Shown here: positions 39,075 to 52,764 of the stretch, piece after piece | How positions within the stretch are numbered: position 1 is the stretch's first letter | Layout: each line of letters starts with the position of its first letter | Origin: Eledone cirrhosa | Taxonomy: Eukaryota | Length of the DNA stretch: 64,000 bases | Reading direction: 5' to 3' | Assembly: GCA_964016885.1 (NCBI GenBank) | Contig: OZ024750.1 | Span: forward strand, 8,556,001-8,620,000 | Program-made: the position numbers and the translations under genes | The notes under the pieces: model-generated | The model's database searches: none | The model's input: only the letters and a program-made list of their open reading frames with translations | What the model was told of the DNA's origin: nothing

Positions 39075-39761
39075 AGCAAAACATTATAATCCAGTAGGTT
39101 ATAGGTTTCAAATAAATCTGACCTTGAAAGGACCAATCGATGTAACAGTTGTAATTCCACCACCTTATTAAATACAACATATGATGAGTGAGTTGTATTT
39201 TCTTTATTATTCTATTCAAGAACATAAAATAACTTCCCATCTCGACAGATTGATTTCCCTTAAATGTCTTAAAATTATTATTTCCGAAAATCAAATTGCA
39301 GAAATGAATGGGTTGCTAGTATATTAAAAGAAAATGAATAACAAATAACAAATGTGTTTGATATGGTTAACATCTTAATGAAAGGTACACCGTTTCTGAT
39401 TTCTCAAGAAACCTTTACTACTTTGGAAACTATTAAGATCGATAGAGAACATGCTTATTTCCATGTTATTGACATCTCCATTCCATTTATCATTGAACCT
39501 TAAGTACCAAACACGGCACGGCTCTAACAACAGAATTATCGCAGGGAAAGCGACTTATTGCGTTTTCTCTTGCAACATTTCCAAACATCACGAGTTGTAT
39601 TCTTCTATTGAAAAAAGCAAGCAAACAAACAACAAACTTATTCGATTGTGAAATGACTATATAAATGAGGCCACTACCTTCTAGAGACATTATTTACTCT
39701 CAATGGAGACCATCAAACTGTCTGAGTTGAAGTTTAATACATTTCGTAAATATAAAATAAT

Positions 39762-39943
39762 TGTTTCTACTTTTGGCACAAGGCCAGTAATTACCCAGTG
39801 CATTACTGGTACTTTATTTTATCGACCCCGTAAGGATGAAAGGCAAAGTTAACCTCGGCGGGATTTGAACTCAGAATGGCAAGGGCCGTAACTATGCGTC
39901 AAAGCATGGCGTCCGACTCTCTACCGATACTGCCAATCCCCCC
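39762..39943 (-). mobile_element. Full-length young SINE family A with 19-bp TSD (best reference copy)
   Basis: TSD ttcgtaaatataaaataat at 39743-39761 and 39944-39962. Pol III A box TGGCAGTATCGG, B box GAGTTCAAATCC, central GCCTTTCATCCTTACGGGGTCGATAAAATAAAGTACC domain (Meta/Sauria-like core, from memory), and tail ...GTAGAAACAATT. Confidence 0.95.
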
Positions 39944-41175
39944 TTCGTAAATATAAAATAATGTCAAACTATTACACTGTAGGTTTAAACTTCCCTTCAC
40001 ACAATTTTGGCCTTTTCTATCGATGTCGAAAACCAAATATATGCCTTCATGTCGAATTAACTCGTCTGTTCAATCAGATTACAGATTTTATCACCATATA
40101 TCATCTAATCTTTAGACGAATATCTTTCAGTGGTAGTTGGTGAATACTCATGTTACCCATTGTGGTAATAGCATCTTTCAAACTATTGTTCTATATCTGT
40201 GTTAGTTTCACCAACGGAACCTTCTGTCTCTATTTACAATGATATAGATCTAGCCATGTTTATTGAAGTTGAAGATTTCTGAAATGAAGAATCAATTGTG
40301 CAAAGCAGCGCCAATTTTTACAACTCTAGAGGTAATGCAAACAATATGAAAGTTAGAATTGTTTATTTTCTACAAATTAGTGTTTTCACAACCTTTTGTT
40401 TCCTCATTTGAAACTGATCTCTAAACGATGCTTCTCTACATTGTTGCTTCATTTGTTCTCTACATTGTTGGTTCATATGCAGAAAGGAGATTCTTTTCCG
40501 TATTTCCATAACATGCTTTTAGTAGAAGCTGAACTAGCATGCTGTTATGGCAAGTTTGCCTATTTTCGGCAAAGTAAGTGGGTAGTAGACACATGCATCG
40601 TGATTTGACTTATTGCTTGCTAACTTCAGATGAAATAATTAAGCTTATGGAATCAGATTTAGCAATTACTGTGTCAATTCCACATCTCATTAACTCTCTT
40701 GACGATCATTCTTCGTTCAACGACAGCATTATTTCTCTGGAGAAACACTTTGATTAACAATGAATGTGAGAAAGATTCTTTCACACAGTCCGCCTATGTA
40801 TATAACTTGCTCGTTCATAGAGAACGACCAAACTATATGAAAAACTTAATTTGATGCTACTTTATTACAATGTTAGATTGTATGAATATAAAATCTAATT
40901 TCGCATTAGTGGTATACTATTCCTATTAAAGTTTGCTAATTTTATAACATAGTTTACCATTGTTTCTTAAACGAAGGTGAATAATGATCTATTTTCCTCT
41001 AATAATTTAACATTTAGCTTCGTGTTCTTTCTCTTAAACCGTAAATAATTCCGACCATAATGTTTCTGTTATCCCTACTGTTTACAAAAGTAATAAAATC
41101 CTTTTCACCTCGACATTTAATCATTTAAATTCTCCGAAGACACAACGTATCACAGATGATTAGTGCCTTACATGT

Positions 41176-41206
<31 letters not shown>

Positions 41207-42304
41207 GGGTAATAAGTCACTCCCTTATCTCAAATCACAGCTCAATATTGTCGGTATGTTAACTGACTATAAAATTCAAGTCGAATAATGCAAATACAAA
41301 CTGATTACGAACAGTACAGTGTGGAATAACAAATGTTATCCTATTACCAGTGACAAGAGAAAATTACTTAGTTTACTTGGTTTACTTAGCCTGGGCCCGT
41401 TCCACCAGGAGGTTGGTGGTTACGACACTTGATGCTATTGCCAAGTTATTCCATCTCTGACAAGTGAATGAAGAGTAAGACATCACCATTCAATACGACG
41501 TTATCACTCTGAACTTTACCCATGTCTTCCTTAATTTATTCTTCTAACCACATTAGAGTTAAAATTCAACTTCAGAACTTTCTGAATTTTGTTTGAAAGA
41601 TACTGAGATTTATTGAAGTTGTCGTCTTATCAGTTGTCGATGTTTAGTTGCAGAGCCACCCCGATCCAGTCATGTCCATCCTGATCCTGTTCGTTTATTG
41701 TTAGAAGGATCTACATATCAGCTCCTCTTTACCACTCCTCCTAAAGATCTACCTTATTACATCTTGCAATAAACTTTAAGCTTCTCTCAATTAAAAAAGG
41801 GGTTTTCTTCCCTTTTACATTCCTCCCCTTTACCCTCCTATATATGTGTGTGATGTATAGACAGACGGAGAAACAGGCTCTCTTCTATAATATAGATATT
41901 CCTTAATTTCTAATGCGATAGTGCATAAGTTTAAGAAAGTTTGCTGCTATTTCTAGCTGGTAGTTATCTCAAACATGAGAACTATATATTGAAAATAAAA
42001 TGTTTTTATTTAGTGACAATGAAACTTTGTTAAACATCTATCGTATTTTGAAAAATGCAATTACAAAAATAATTAACCTTCAGTTGATCAGGCTTGTAAT
42101 TTCTCTACTATAAGTGATCTTACTTTTCAGGAAACACAGATACATTCATAAATTCCATCATTTTGTTAGCTTTAATTGTCAGTAACGCGTACCACTAATA
42201 ATATCACATTGCTATGATCTATATTTTCTGGTCGTTTCTCGCCAGTCCTATTTCATTAGTTTCCTATCACGGCTTATAAATTAATCTTCTGTATTGATAC
42301 TCAT

Positions 42305-42525
42305 AAGTTTCTTGTTTAGGCACAAGGCCAGCAAATTTTAAGGGAGTAGGAAAGTCCATTATATCGATCCCCAATACTAGACTGGTAATTTATTTTATCA
42401 ATCCCGGAAGGATGAAAAGTAAAGTTGACTTCAGCAGGATTTGAACTCAGAAATTAAAGAAACATAACAAGACACTGCTAAGCCTTTGTCAGACGCTCCA
42501 GCGATTCTGCCAATGCACCGCCTCA
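42305..42525 (-). mobile_element. Older full-length SINE family A copy
   Basis: gtttcttgtttaggcacaaggccagc...ggatttgaactcagaa...gattctgccaatgcaccgcc. Confidence 0.85.
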
Positions 42526-43544
42526 TGGAATGACCAAACGAGGTTTCTTTTTCAGCATAGTACCTGGAACGAAACAATACAGTTATTGATAAGAGTTGAA
42601 ATTAATGCATGCAAGATTTCACAGCTCTAGCATTATTCCTTCATAGTCAGCCTATGATCTTTTCAGCCAACCCTCGTACAACACAGTCTCGGGTTCATAA
42701 AACAGTTTCAGCTTATACTATGTCATTTTATTCAATCACATTAATTAATAACGAGCCACATGAACCTAAAAGTATGGCGCAGGTGCAGCATATGTTGTGA
42801 AGATATGAATAATATTGAACAGTAAATTGCGATGAAAACGTTATTTCCTTATATTGAACTAATGTCAAATTAGAAGCTTTGTATTTAAACAGACCAAAGG
42901 GATAAATATTTCGCTGAAAGTCATATTAGTTCGATTGGTAATTCTGAGATCTTGTCAACTTCATTACATTAGAGTCTTTTGACAGAATAGGTTACAATGA
43001 CATTAGTTTCCTGTAAACAAAGTAAAGCACACGCACACTTACGCACACCTACGCACACGCACACTTACACACACACACGCGCACACTCTCTCACACTCTC
43101 ACACTCTCACACTCTCACACACTCATACACTCTCACACGCACACACAGTGAGAAGTTCTATTGCGCACTGAAGTCAATATGACTTTTAGTACAATGAACC
43201 CAAATAAGAAATCCAGTAAAAACAGAAAACACTTAAGTGCTACTGATTACATAAATGTTTGACTGAGGGCTTCAGCTGTGTCTTTCTGATCGGCTTTAAT
43301 AATCACTCGTAAAAACCTTTCGCTACGTTGCTGCTAAAAATATTTGTTAACCATGTACAGATACTCCATCAAGAAGTTAAGTGCCGAAACACATACTTGG
43401 GGGATTGGGGTTCTTCTCTGAAGACGTTCTGCTGTCCAATTCACCTGAGGGTTTCATACCACTTTCTTACTACGTCATAAACGATTCACCTCTCTTTCAT
43501 GCACGCTCGTTCGCTCGCTCGGTAGAGCGTCGCACATCATGCTT

Positions 43545-43655
43545 AGCGAGATTAGCTTTGCCTTTCATCCTAATGGGGTCGATAAAATAAAGTACCAGTA
43601 ATGCAATGGGGCCGGTTTAATCAACTTTCTCCTTTTCTCCTCCCCCAAATTGCTA
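43545..43655 (+). mobile_element. SINE family A internal fragment
   Basis: gctttgcctttcatcctaatggggtcgataaaataaagtaccagtaatgca. Confidence 0.8.
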
Positions 43656-43664
43656 TAGTAGAAA

Positions 43665-43717
<53 letters not shown>

Positions 43718-44322
43718 AAAGGAACCTGTGTTTGGATCGTACCAAGGAAACTATCGGCTTTTTGTTTGATGTTACTATCCGCTGATATTCGAAACGAGAA
43801 CGCACAGATACCATGAATCATCACTCCATGACTCTTTTAACAAATGTTAGTCCACCGCACTTACATTGACACTTCATTTTTATTGATTCTGAAAGGAGAG
43901 AAATTGACCTTAGCAGGATTTGGGCTGAGAGTGCACACACTCTGAAGGCGTCGTTTAACCCGATGCTCAGATGTATCAGCCAATTTCGAGGAATAATATA
44001 TGTATATATACACGCACGCACGCACGCACGTACGTACGTACGTACGTGTGTGTATAAAGTATATAGTATGCATATAATTATGTATATAAATATATGCATG
44101 TGTGTGTGTGTAAATATATATATTTGATTGATCCACTGGAGATATTGTTTGGCTTGGAGCTGTTGGATAAAATCTTTCCTGTTATTTAATCCGTCAATGA
44201 AAAGATGAAAATTACTTTCCACGTTGTCCCTCAAGTATCCCAAGCCATTCCTAGATCTATCAGTACCAAACGAGAAGAGTGTACTTTTATAACAGTGATT
44301 CCAGACTTTCTGGCGTATTTAC

Positions 44323-44371
44323 CCATTAATTCTGATATATATTTTGTATAATTCGATCGATAGCAGCCCAT
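44323..44371 (-). CDS. Candidate start-codon exon encoding MGCYRSNYTKYISELM (phase-1 donor)
   Basis: ATG at 44371, 16 codons plus G, then GTAAAT. MGCxxS fits the N-myristoylation plus Cys3 palmitoylation consensus. The upstream 44380-44900 is non-repetitive and CpG-containing. No homology evidence. Confidence 0.35.
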
Positions 44372-44911
44372 CTGATGAAGGAGCCACGCTGGAAGAGCAA
44401 TTTTATATTATTTTCACTAGTTTGTCTTTGTAGCATAACCTTTGCTAGATTAATACATCATTAATGATTTTACGTCTGTAGCCGAACCCTTTCGTCTCCG
44501 TCTCACAATATCCCAAATCCGGAGCTCCTTCACAAAACTGCAGAAGATATCCCACTAAATCGGAATGCCAGCACATAATCTTCTTCGATAATTAAGGATT
44601 TTCAGAAGCAAAAGATATGGAGCATAGATATAAGGCAAAGCGAAACAAGTCGATAACAGTCAATAAATATATATATTTATCCAGATGCGAGACAAACTAA
44701 ACCCTCCATCTCAATTCTACTTTTCTAAAGCATAAGAACTGCGAAACCGGTAAACCGGTAAAGGAAATAAATATTCTTAAAAAGACTCCAGTAACATTTT
44801 CGATTTCTTTTCCTTTTATATATATAAAGGAAAAGAAATCGAAGTTGCATTTTCGATTTCTTTTCCTTACACTTTCACTCGTTTTGGACATCTCGTTTTT
44901 TTTTTCATTTA

Positions 44912-44946
<35 letters not shown>

Positions 44947-44974
44947 TTTCTAGTGTGTGTGTGTGTGTGTGTGT

Positions 44975-45033
44975 GTTAGGATTTAGCTGCCGAAACGGCC
45001 GGAGCTCAGCTGTCGTGGTCCTGACTCTTTTCA
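44975..45033 (+). mobile_element. Short fragment of the hammerhead-3'-half element
   Basis: tagctgcc-GAAA-cggccggagctcagctg-tc-gtggtcctgactcttttc, lying between (TG)n and (TA)n. Confidence 0.7.
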
Positions 45034-45362
45034 TATATGTATATATATATATATGTGTGTGTATGTGTGTGTGTGTGTACGTATATATATATATATATAT
45101 GCGCGGGCATCAGCAATGGGAAGGAGCAGCACATATGCTATTTAAAATCCTTTGGCAAGGTCCAGGACTGGGTTAATAATATTGAACAAGATTGGGAAGG
45201 GTGTGGTTGTGGTGGTAGAGGCGTGAGTGCCACCTCATCTCCTGATACAAATCATTATCAAGTTATAATAATACAATATAAAACAAGTAGCGTCTATGAA
45301 GTATAAGAATTTTATCTGCAGATAGAAAAAAACTAAATAGACATCGATTGGAGAAAAATATC

Positions 45363-45402
<40 letters not shown>

Positions 45403-45684
45403 CCACTTTTCTTTGTTTCGTTCTTTCTCTCTATCTTCTCTTTGTTTCTTCTCTTCATCCTCTCTTTCTTCCTTTCATTATATGTGTGTGTGTGTGATGG
45501 GAGGGGGGTTACGTGTGTATGTATGTGTAAATATCTGTTCATATATGTACGTATGTATATATATATGTACAATATACATATATGTATGTTCCTACACACA
45601 ATAAATTATGGAAGAATATAACTTCGCAGATGCATGATTTATTAATGAAATACATATGCTTACAAACCTGCACTCGTGCACATA

Positions 45685-45997
45685 TAAACACATACATACA
45701 CATACACGTATACACATATATATACACATAACGCACATGCACATATATACATACATATATACACATACATATACGTATATATATATACATATACGTATAT
45801 ATATATACATATACGTATATATATATACATATACGTATATATATATACGTATATACATATACGTATATATATATACATATACGTATATATATATTCACAT
45901 GCATATATATACTATACGTGTATATATATATATATATATATATTCACATATGCATATATATACTATACGTGTATATATATATATATATATTCACATA

Positions 45998-46033
<36 letters not shown>

Positions 46034-46073
46034 CATACGCATATATATATATATATATATGTATATTCACATA

Positions 46074-46115
<42 letters not shown>

Positions 46116-46220
46116 CATACGCATATATATATATATATTCACATACGCATATATATATATATATATACTATACGTATATATATATATATACATACACATA
46201 TGCACATATATACATATAAA
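45685..46220. repeat. Compound (TA)-based minisatellite (catatacgtatatatatata / ttcacatacgcatatata units)
   Basis: Directly visible ~20-30-bp higher-order units. Confidence 0.95.
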
Positions 46221-48316
46221 CGTATGCATATGTATACACATACATATATAGACACGTACACATACGAACACATACTGATATATAGGCACATCTATAAAAG
46301 CAGTAATTCAAATTATTATGCAATCTAAACCAACATATAAATCACTAATTCCTTTGGTAAACTGACAATTACTGATAATAATTTCTTTGGCAAAATGATA
46401 AACGTATTAACATAGAGGAAGAAAAAAATGTCCATAAGAATATTAAAGGAAATGAGTGTATACAAGAATGTTTTATCTGACTAGCAGTATGAATGAGATT
46501 CATACACATCTAAAGAAAGGTGAAATGAGTGTCACTTGTGCGTAAAATACTTATTTTGTGGCTGGAAAAAAAAGGGAAGTAGGTGTATAAATATTATGAA
46601 TAATAAAAACAGTGTGGAGGTTATTAACCCGAAGTCTATTACTGTATATTTTAAAGTTGATGTTATTTTATTCTAAATATGTTACTGTTTAGTTTTATGT
46701 CACCCGTTACCGAATAAATATAGTTAAAAGCAAAACAGTGTTAGTCGTCTTATGTTCTATTCAAATACAGTGTAACTAATGTCGTTTTTGTTAAATAAAG
46801 CGAGCTTTAAGGGAGATCTGGCTCTTAGTTCTAGCAAATGTTAAGAGACCACCTTTGCCTTTCTAAATGAGCTTCACCTTAAAGAATTATTGACATGATA
46901 AATGAGATATTGGTCTCACTGGATGTGAAGCAATTTCTTTAAGATAAATGGAATTGTTGATCCAAGCGCCAGACTGTTTTGTACAACTATCCTATTCCCT
47001 TGACACCACAACGAAGGATAATTTTGTCGATCAGACCAATGATCAAAGCATTCCAGTTATGACTATCTCGAAATTTTGTTCATACATGGTGAATTCCGGA
47101 ATACATTACCCAATGTGTTTATTTTATGATAAAGTGTAATTTGAGGGTTATCTGGCTGTCATTTCTAGCCTTACTGACGTGGAATTGGCTACAGACCTGA
47201 CATGACCAAAACTAAACAGAAAGCGATGGAGGTCAACCAGGGAGGGATTTCTTCTAACATGAGTGAGAAGGCCGTGGATTGGATTGGATATATGTGTGTG
47301 TATATGTATGTGTGCGGTTGTGTGATTTTATGCGACTGTATGTTTACGTGTGTGTATGTGTGTGTGTGTGTGTGTTGTAAACGAGGTGAAATATGTTGAC
47401 TGACATACTTTCCAGTTTAGATAACACAAAGTGTTGATAAAGAAGTTAGTCTTGGTTCTAATCATAATCAAAATTATTAAATCTTTTAGTGAAAATTTCG
47501 ATCTTTCGAATGCCAAAAATTGATTATCAGCATTAGTTGGTCTTCGCCAGCCGATAATTTCCGCAATAAACTCAAGTCTTTTACTATATATAACTGCAGA
47601 CACAACAAAATCAAAATAATGAAACAGTCTGTTTAAGCTTTCATTGGTTGACTGTCATGTAAACATTGCCAGAGGGACGGTCGTTACGTGTAGGATTTAC
47701 AACATCTTAATAGAACAATACTCGTAACCTCAATCAACATAAACATACAAGCCAGCAAACAACTAGACAGTCACGTTTAATGCTAACGATTTTGAATATA
47801 ACTTTAAAAAATATAGCCGTAGATCAGCTAAGTTAAGTATTTTGCTTGGGGTGTTATAACGTCTGCAGTGATATAGGAATTTGTGACAAGAATGTGATGC
47901 TACCGACTTCCTTCATTAAGCAATTGCTGTCTTTTAATTTCATTCTCTTTTGTAACATTTACAGTTCACTTCCTTATAATATATTACATTTGTTTTTATA
48001 TCTCTCGCATAATGTGTTGTGTATACCCTAAACTAGTTGTTTTTTTTATGTCATATTTCAAACACCAAAGGTTTTCACTATATCAGTATCACAATTACAT
48101 ATTTCGTCTGATTTGTACCTCCTCCAACCTTGAGCAATGTTTCATTGCTTCATTCCATCCAATTCTCTTTTTATTCATTTCTCTCCCTCTATTGAGAAAT
48201 GAACATACAGATATTCACTACACTGCAAATATCTATTTCTGAGAGAATTGACTATTTATTTTTCCTAATACTAATATTTTAATAAATTATAATAAGACAA
48301 AGGGAGTTATCAAGAC

Positions 48317-48428
48317 CATCTGATGGGATTTTTAGCTGCCCGTTCCTCTTGGATCATCTGATGGGATTTTTAGCTGCCCGTTTCTTAAGAACATCCGATG
48401 GGAACTTTAGCTTCCCGTTCCTCAAGAT
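48317..48428. repeat. 3 x 37-38-bp tandem repeat
   Basis: Units catctgatgggatttttagctgcccgtt... start at 48317, 48355 and 48392. Confidence 0.9.
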
Positions 48429-49219
48429 TAGAATATTTGGTAATTGTTTACAAACTGGTGAATATTTCACTCAAGTGTCCCTCTCTGACATTTATTTATT
48501 TATATAGATAGAGGATGTGGAACTGATGAGCAAATCAAACGAAATAATTTCTGTATGTATTACATATAACAAGAAAACATGAAAGTAATATATTTCAAAC
48601 ATGTTCAATCATGTGATTAAATAACATATCATTTCAGGGAATTTGGAAAAACGGGTGTATTTTGGTTTCTTAGAAACGAAATCATGGAGAAAATTATTAT
48701 TGAGATGTATTTTCAGAAAGTTAATTTCCAATATTTGTTTCTTCATTTCAAACGTTTTCGTGCTACGTTTTCGTGCTCCTTGATAACGTGAAGAAAACCA
48801 ATATTCATCGGGGGAATTCTATCAATATAATTATTTGCATGAAACGTTATTATTCTTAGAATTTAGCATTGTATTTTCATATGAGGAATTCATAAGTTTC
48901 TGATAATATATATAATGTTTCTTGGTAGGAGTTTGATAATTTGTTTCATAAAGCAGGTAAAAGTCGATCAAACTATAAATCATAACAGGAATAATGACAG
49001 AATATTGTATGAAATATACTCACGTTATCAAGATTATTCATTGGTATCCACTGGATCCCATTCTCTCTACACCCCACCGCCATCCCCACGCCATACTATT
49101 TTTCATTTTAGATAAAATATATTGAAGTTTTCACATTTATGCCAGCAACGAACAAAGATTGTCAATTCTGGTTGGATTGAAAACTAAATACAATGCCATA
49201 AAAGGAGTTCTATTTCCCC

Positions 49220-49308
49220 CTCTCTCTTTCTCTCTTTCTCTTTCTCTCTCTCTCTTTCTCTCTCTCTCTTTCTCTCTCTCTCTCCCTCTCTCTCTCTCCC
49301 TCTCTCTT

Positions 49309-49339
<31 letters not shown>

Positions 49340-49347
49340 TTCTCTCT
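49220..49347. repeat. (CT)n/(CTTT) polypyrimidine microsatellite
   Basis: Directly visible. Confidence 0.95.
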
Positions 49348-50277
49348 ACACACACATACATACATACATTCGTTCTCGTAATGGGAAAGACGCTGAAATA
49401 TATGGAGAAAGTTGTGTGATATAAAGCGAAAATTTCTTGAGAAATTTCCATAGAAATACAATAACCGAAACCATTTATATTTATAATAAGCTTATCGTCT
49501 AGTTTCGCTGATTTGTAATGCTAACATGCAAATTAAATTATTTTTCAAGTTTAATATTGTAGGAATATTACAAAATAAACTACTTGCTAAGGACAACGTG
49601 TATGTTATGAATCCCCTGGAATAACAATCCTTTCCTGCTAAAAATGTAACTGTTTTATTAATATAGGTTAACGTCGTGAAAATGAATGTAATTGTTTTAT
49701 TAATATACTAGGATTTTGTTTCAACATACTACGATTTTTTTTTTTTTTTCAACATACTGATGCTTGTGTGTATGTGCATTTGCATACATTTATATGTATG
49801 AGTTTATAAATATAAACGCGCAAACACACACACTTACAAATACACACACTCCCAGATATACATACATTCTCACAGACAAACACTAACACAAAAATTGTGT
49901 GACGAGCGGACAGACGGAAGTCATATTAATTTATATATTCTAACGTCGTGAAAACAAAAGGGCCAGTCTACATGTAAAGACACTTGTGAGTGAGAAGTGT
50001 AGATCCATTTATGGGATATTTTCTTCATGTCTCGTACCATTAACAAAGCAATTTGTCTGGAAATAGACAAATTGATTCTATATATCGATTTCACAAACAT
50101 ATAAGAGGAAGTTTATCCATATCTTTTTGATGTAGTGGGTACTATAGGAATATCCTATGAGTAGTCGATCCAAGACATATTGTATTTTGTGGAAAGGTCT
50201 CGGTGATAAAAGAGATCAGCTAATCTTCATTATCAATGATTTATCTTTGAAATTGCACTAACAATAACCAATGATCT

Positions 50278-50728
50278 TCTTGTCGTATGATAGGTACAAT
50301 GGTTAGAGAAGCTGGTTGAGATTGGTGAGCCAGACTAAGGTGTCATTTGTAACATTATGGATTACCTCTAGGCCGCCAAGAAAACGTCAGAGGAGGAGCA
50401 CAGTTTCGACCAACATGTAGTAGTAGAAGACGACTTTTGTCGTATGATGTATGCACAATGGTTAGAAGCTGGTTGAGATTGGTGAGCCTGACTAAGGCGT
50501 CATTTGTAGTATTATGGATTTCCCCCAGGCCACTGGGGTAATGTCTGAGGAGGGGGCAATCCTGAACAATATGCAGCACTGAATGCTGGACTGTCTTTAA
50601 TTTTCCATCGATTGAGACGATGGACTGTCATAGCTTATGTTGTGTGGATCTGATTAAGGGACACCCATTGCTTTCTAGGAAGGTCAAAACCAGCTGGTTT
50701 AGATGTGGGGTTCTGGATGAGGACCAGT
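50278..50728 (-). mobile_element. Two tandem Vingi/Ingi-like LINE 3' ends (50278-50420 and 50436-50728)
   Basis: Minus strand reads NPTSKPAGFDLPRKQWVSLNQIHT..RWKIKDSP then (frameshift) LHIVQDCPLLRHYPSGLGEIH, matching the PGFDLPR..W..LNR.RTG / HIV..CP motif. Both copies end ...tcatacgacaa. Confidence 0.7.
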
Positions 50729-50805
50729 ATATATATATATATATATATATGTAAAAGAAATACACGCCGTTGTTCAAGTTATTTGCATTGAATATGAATA
50801 GTATA

Positions 50806-51219
50806 TAGTGGAACCTTTTGTTCGCGGACATATTTCGTTCATGAAGGCCGTTGCTCGCCTGAAATGTTCGTAAACCGAAACTATTCTTTTATACGAAATG
50901 TTGAGAGAAATATAATTTTCTACTTTTTGGCACAAGGCCAGCAATTACTTAGTGCATTACTGCTACTTTATTTTATCGACCCCCCCGTAAGGATGAAAGG
51001 CAAAGTTAACCTCGGCGGGATTTGAACTCAGAATGGCAAGGGCCGTAACTCTATGCGTCAAAGCATGGCGTCCGACCCTCTACGAAAGACAAATAGATAT
51101 CATTGTTGCCGGCTTGCGTGTTCGTTAATCGAGACACCCGAGACGTTTTCTGTTCAGAAAAATTATTCGTGAACCGATTAGTTCGTGATGGGAGGAGCTC
51201 ATGAGCCGAGGTTCCACTG
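50806..51219. mobile_element. Tc1/mariner-superfamily (Tigger/pogo-like) MITE with TA TSD
   Basis: TA-tagtggaacct at the left end and aggttccactg-TA at the right end, with a SINE nested inside. Confidence 0.75.
50913..51083 (-). mobile_element. Young SINE family A nested in the MITE
   Basis: Near-identical to 39762-39943. Confidence 0.92.
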
Positions 51220-51739
51220 TACTTTAGAATTCAATTGATTAAATACCATATAAATTATTCATGCATATTAAATAAGAACACCTGATTAAGTAAGATTAAA
51301 AGCAGTTATAATTAAATAATAGCTATTATGGAACATAATATTATAACTTTATTTTTTATTCTTTAATTATGAAATAAATTAAAAAATTGGAAGCCGGCGT
51401 GTCAGATGATAAGCTACCAGTGGAACTAAGATTATTTTTATTACGAAAAGAAACCGGAGTGCCTTGACAGAGCTGACAAATCTAAATATTGGAATTAGGT
51501 TAAGATCAATACTTGAACTAATACAAAAACGACATGAAAAATTGTGATAAATCCCAGTTGTATCACCTTAGATCTGTATCTAGCCAAAGGAATTTTAAAC
51601 ACCGTTATCGCATCATCTCATGCTGTAGAATATTTTTAGTTTTACCAGTAGGGACATAAATATATTGTTTGTTTCGGGATAAAATTGACCATGAGCAAAG
51701 CAGGATTTGGCTCATCTCTTTCTCCTCCTCATTTGTGTT

Positions 51740-51850
51740 TTAGTGGTTAGAGAATTGGATTGACAATCGTAAGGTTGTGAGTTTGATTCTCGGGGCGAAC
51801 CATGCGTTATGTTCTTGAGCAAGGCACTTTATTTCACGTTACTCTCTCTC
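51740..51850 (+). mobile_element. SINE family C head and core
   Basis: tagtggttagag...gagtttgattctc...ttcttgagcaaggcactttatttcacgtt. Confidence 0.65.
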
Positions 51851-52764
51851 TGCTAGGAGTTGTGACCGATAGATATTATCAGCAATAGAAGGACCAATGG
51901 AAGCATTGTTTCCTTGGTCCGAATTGACGAAAACCCACTCCCACCCCCTTTGATAAGCAAATGATATCAGGCTGGGTTCTTATCGATCGATTGTTGTAAA
52001 TATCATTGATAATATAACAGCAATGTTTAGTTACGGAGAACCCGAAGTAATGTAATTTAAATAGAAATGAAAAAGTTGAGGCAAATCATTAAAGGATTTG
52101 TAAATTTGATTTACTGAAAATATCAATTCCTTCTTTTGATCGACCTTGTAAATACCTTCATTTTATTCCAATCAATTACCAATTCAGCTGACCTAAATAA
52201 CGAGACAATTTCCAAACAATATGAACGCCACAACATTACACTATGTCGGTGATATAAACAAAAAAATACAGAAGAAAACATTTTTAAAAAGATCGTTAAG
52301 AGAAAAATAAGTTTCAAGTTGCTCTTTTCCAACTTTCTCATTCAAGTGCAATTGGAGTCGTCACTGTACAATTGCCAAGATCAACTCTAAGCAACTTAAT
52401 ACCATTAGAATAATTACCAAAATTCGATCCCAAAGAAATCCATTATTGTTGCTGTTATTACCATTATCGTCATCGTTGTCGTCGTCGTCGTCGTCGTTAT
52501 TACTATTATCTTTGTTATTATTATTAACGATGTTGTTGTTAGTGTTGTTGTTGTTATTATTATTAATATTCCATTAGTTTTATCAACATCATCTTTGTTG
52601 TTGTTTCATCATTGCAATAAAAAAAAACATCGTCAGCTCAAGTCTCCATGTTGTTTGTGTTTGTTTGTTTGTTTCTTCTTTTCCTTCTATGCTTTCATAC
52701 TTTCTGTCTTTCTGTCCTTTATTTATCTATCTCTGGTAAGACATCAACTCTTCCAAATTTCGTT

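Noticed and set aside
37961-39171. 327-400 aa ORFs
   Set aside because: Microsatellite artefacts.
39860-39943. tRNA gene
   Set aside because: The A and B boxes belong to a SINE head with a TSD, and no full cloverleaf is present.
48317-48428. CRISPR-like 28-nt repeat with short variable ends
   Set aside because: The variable parts are only about 10 nt and related to each other, there are no cas genes, and the context is eukaryotic. It is a simple tandem repeat.
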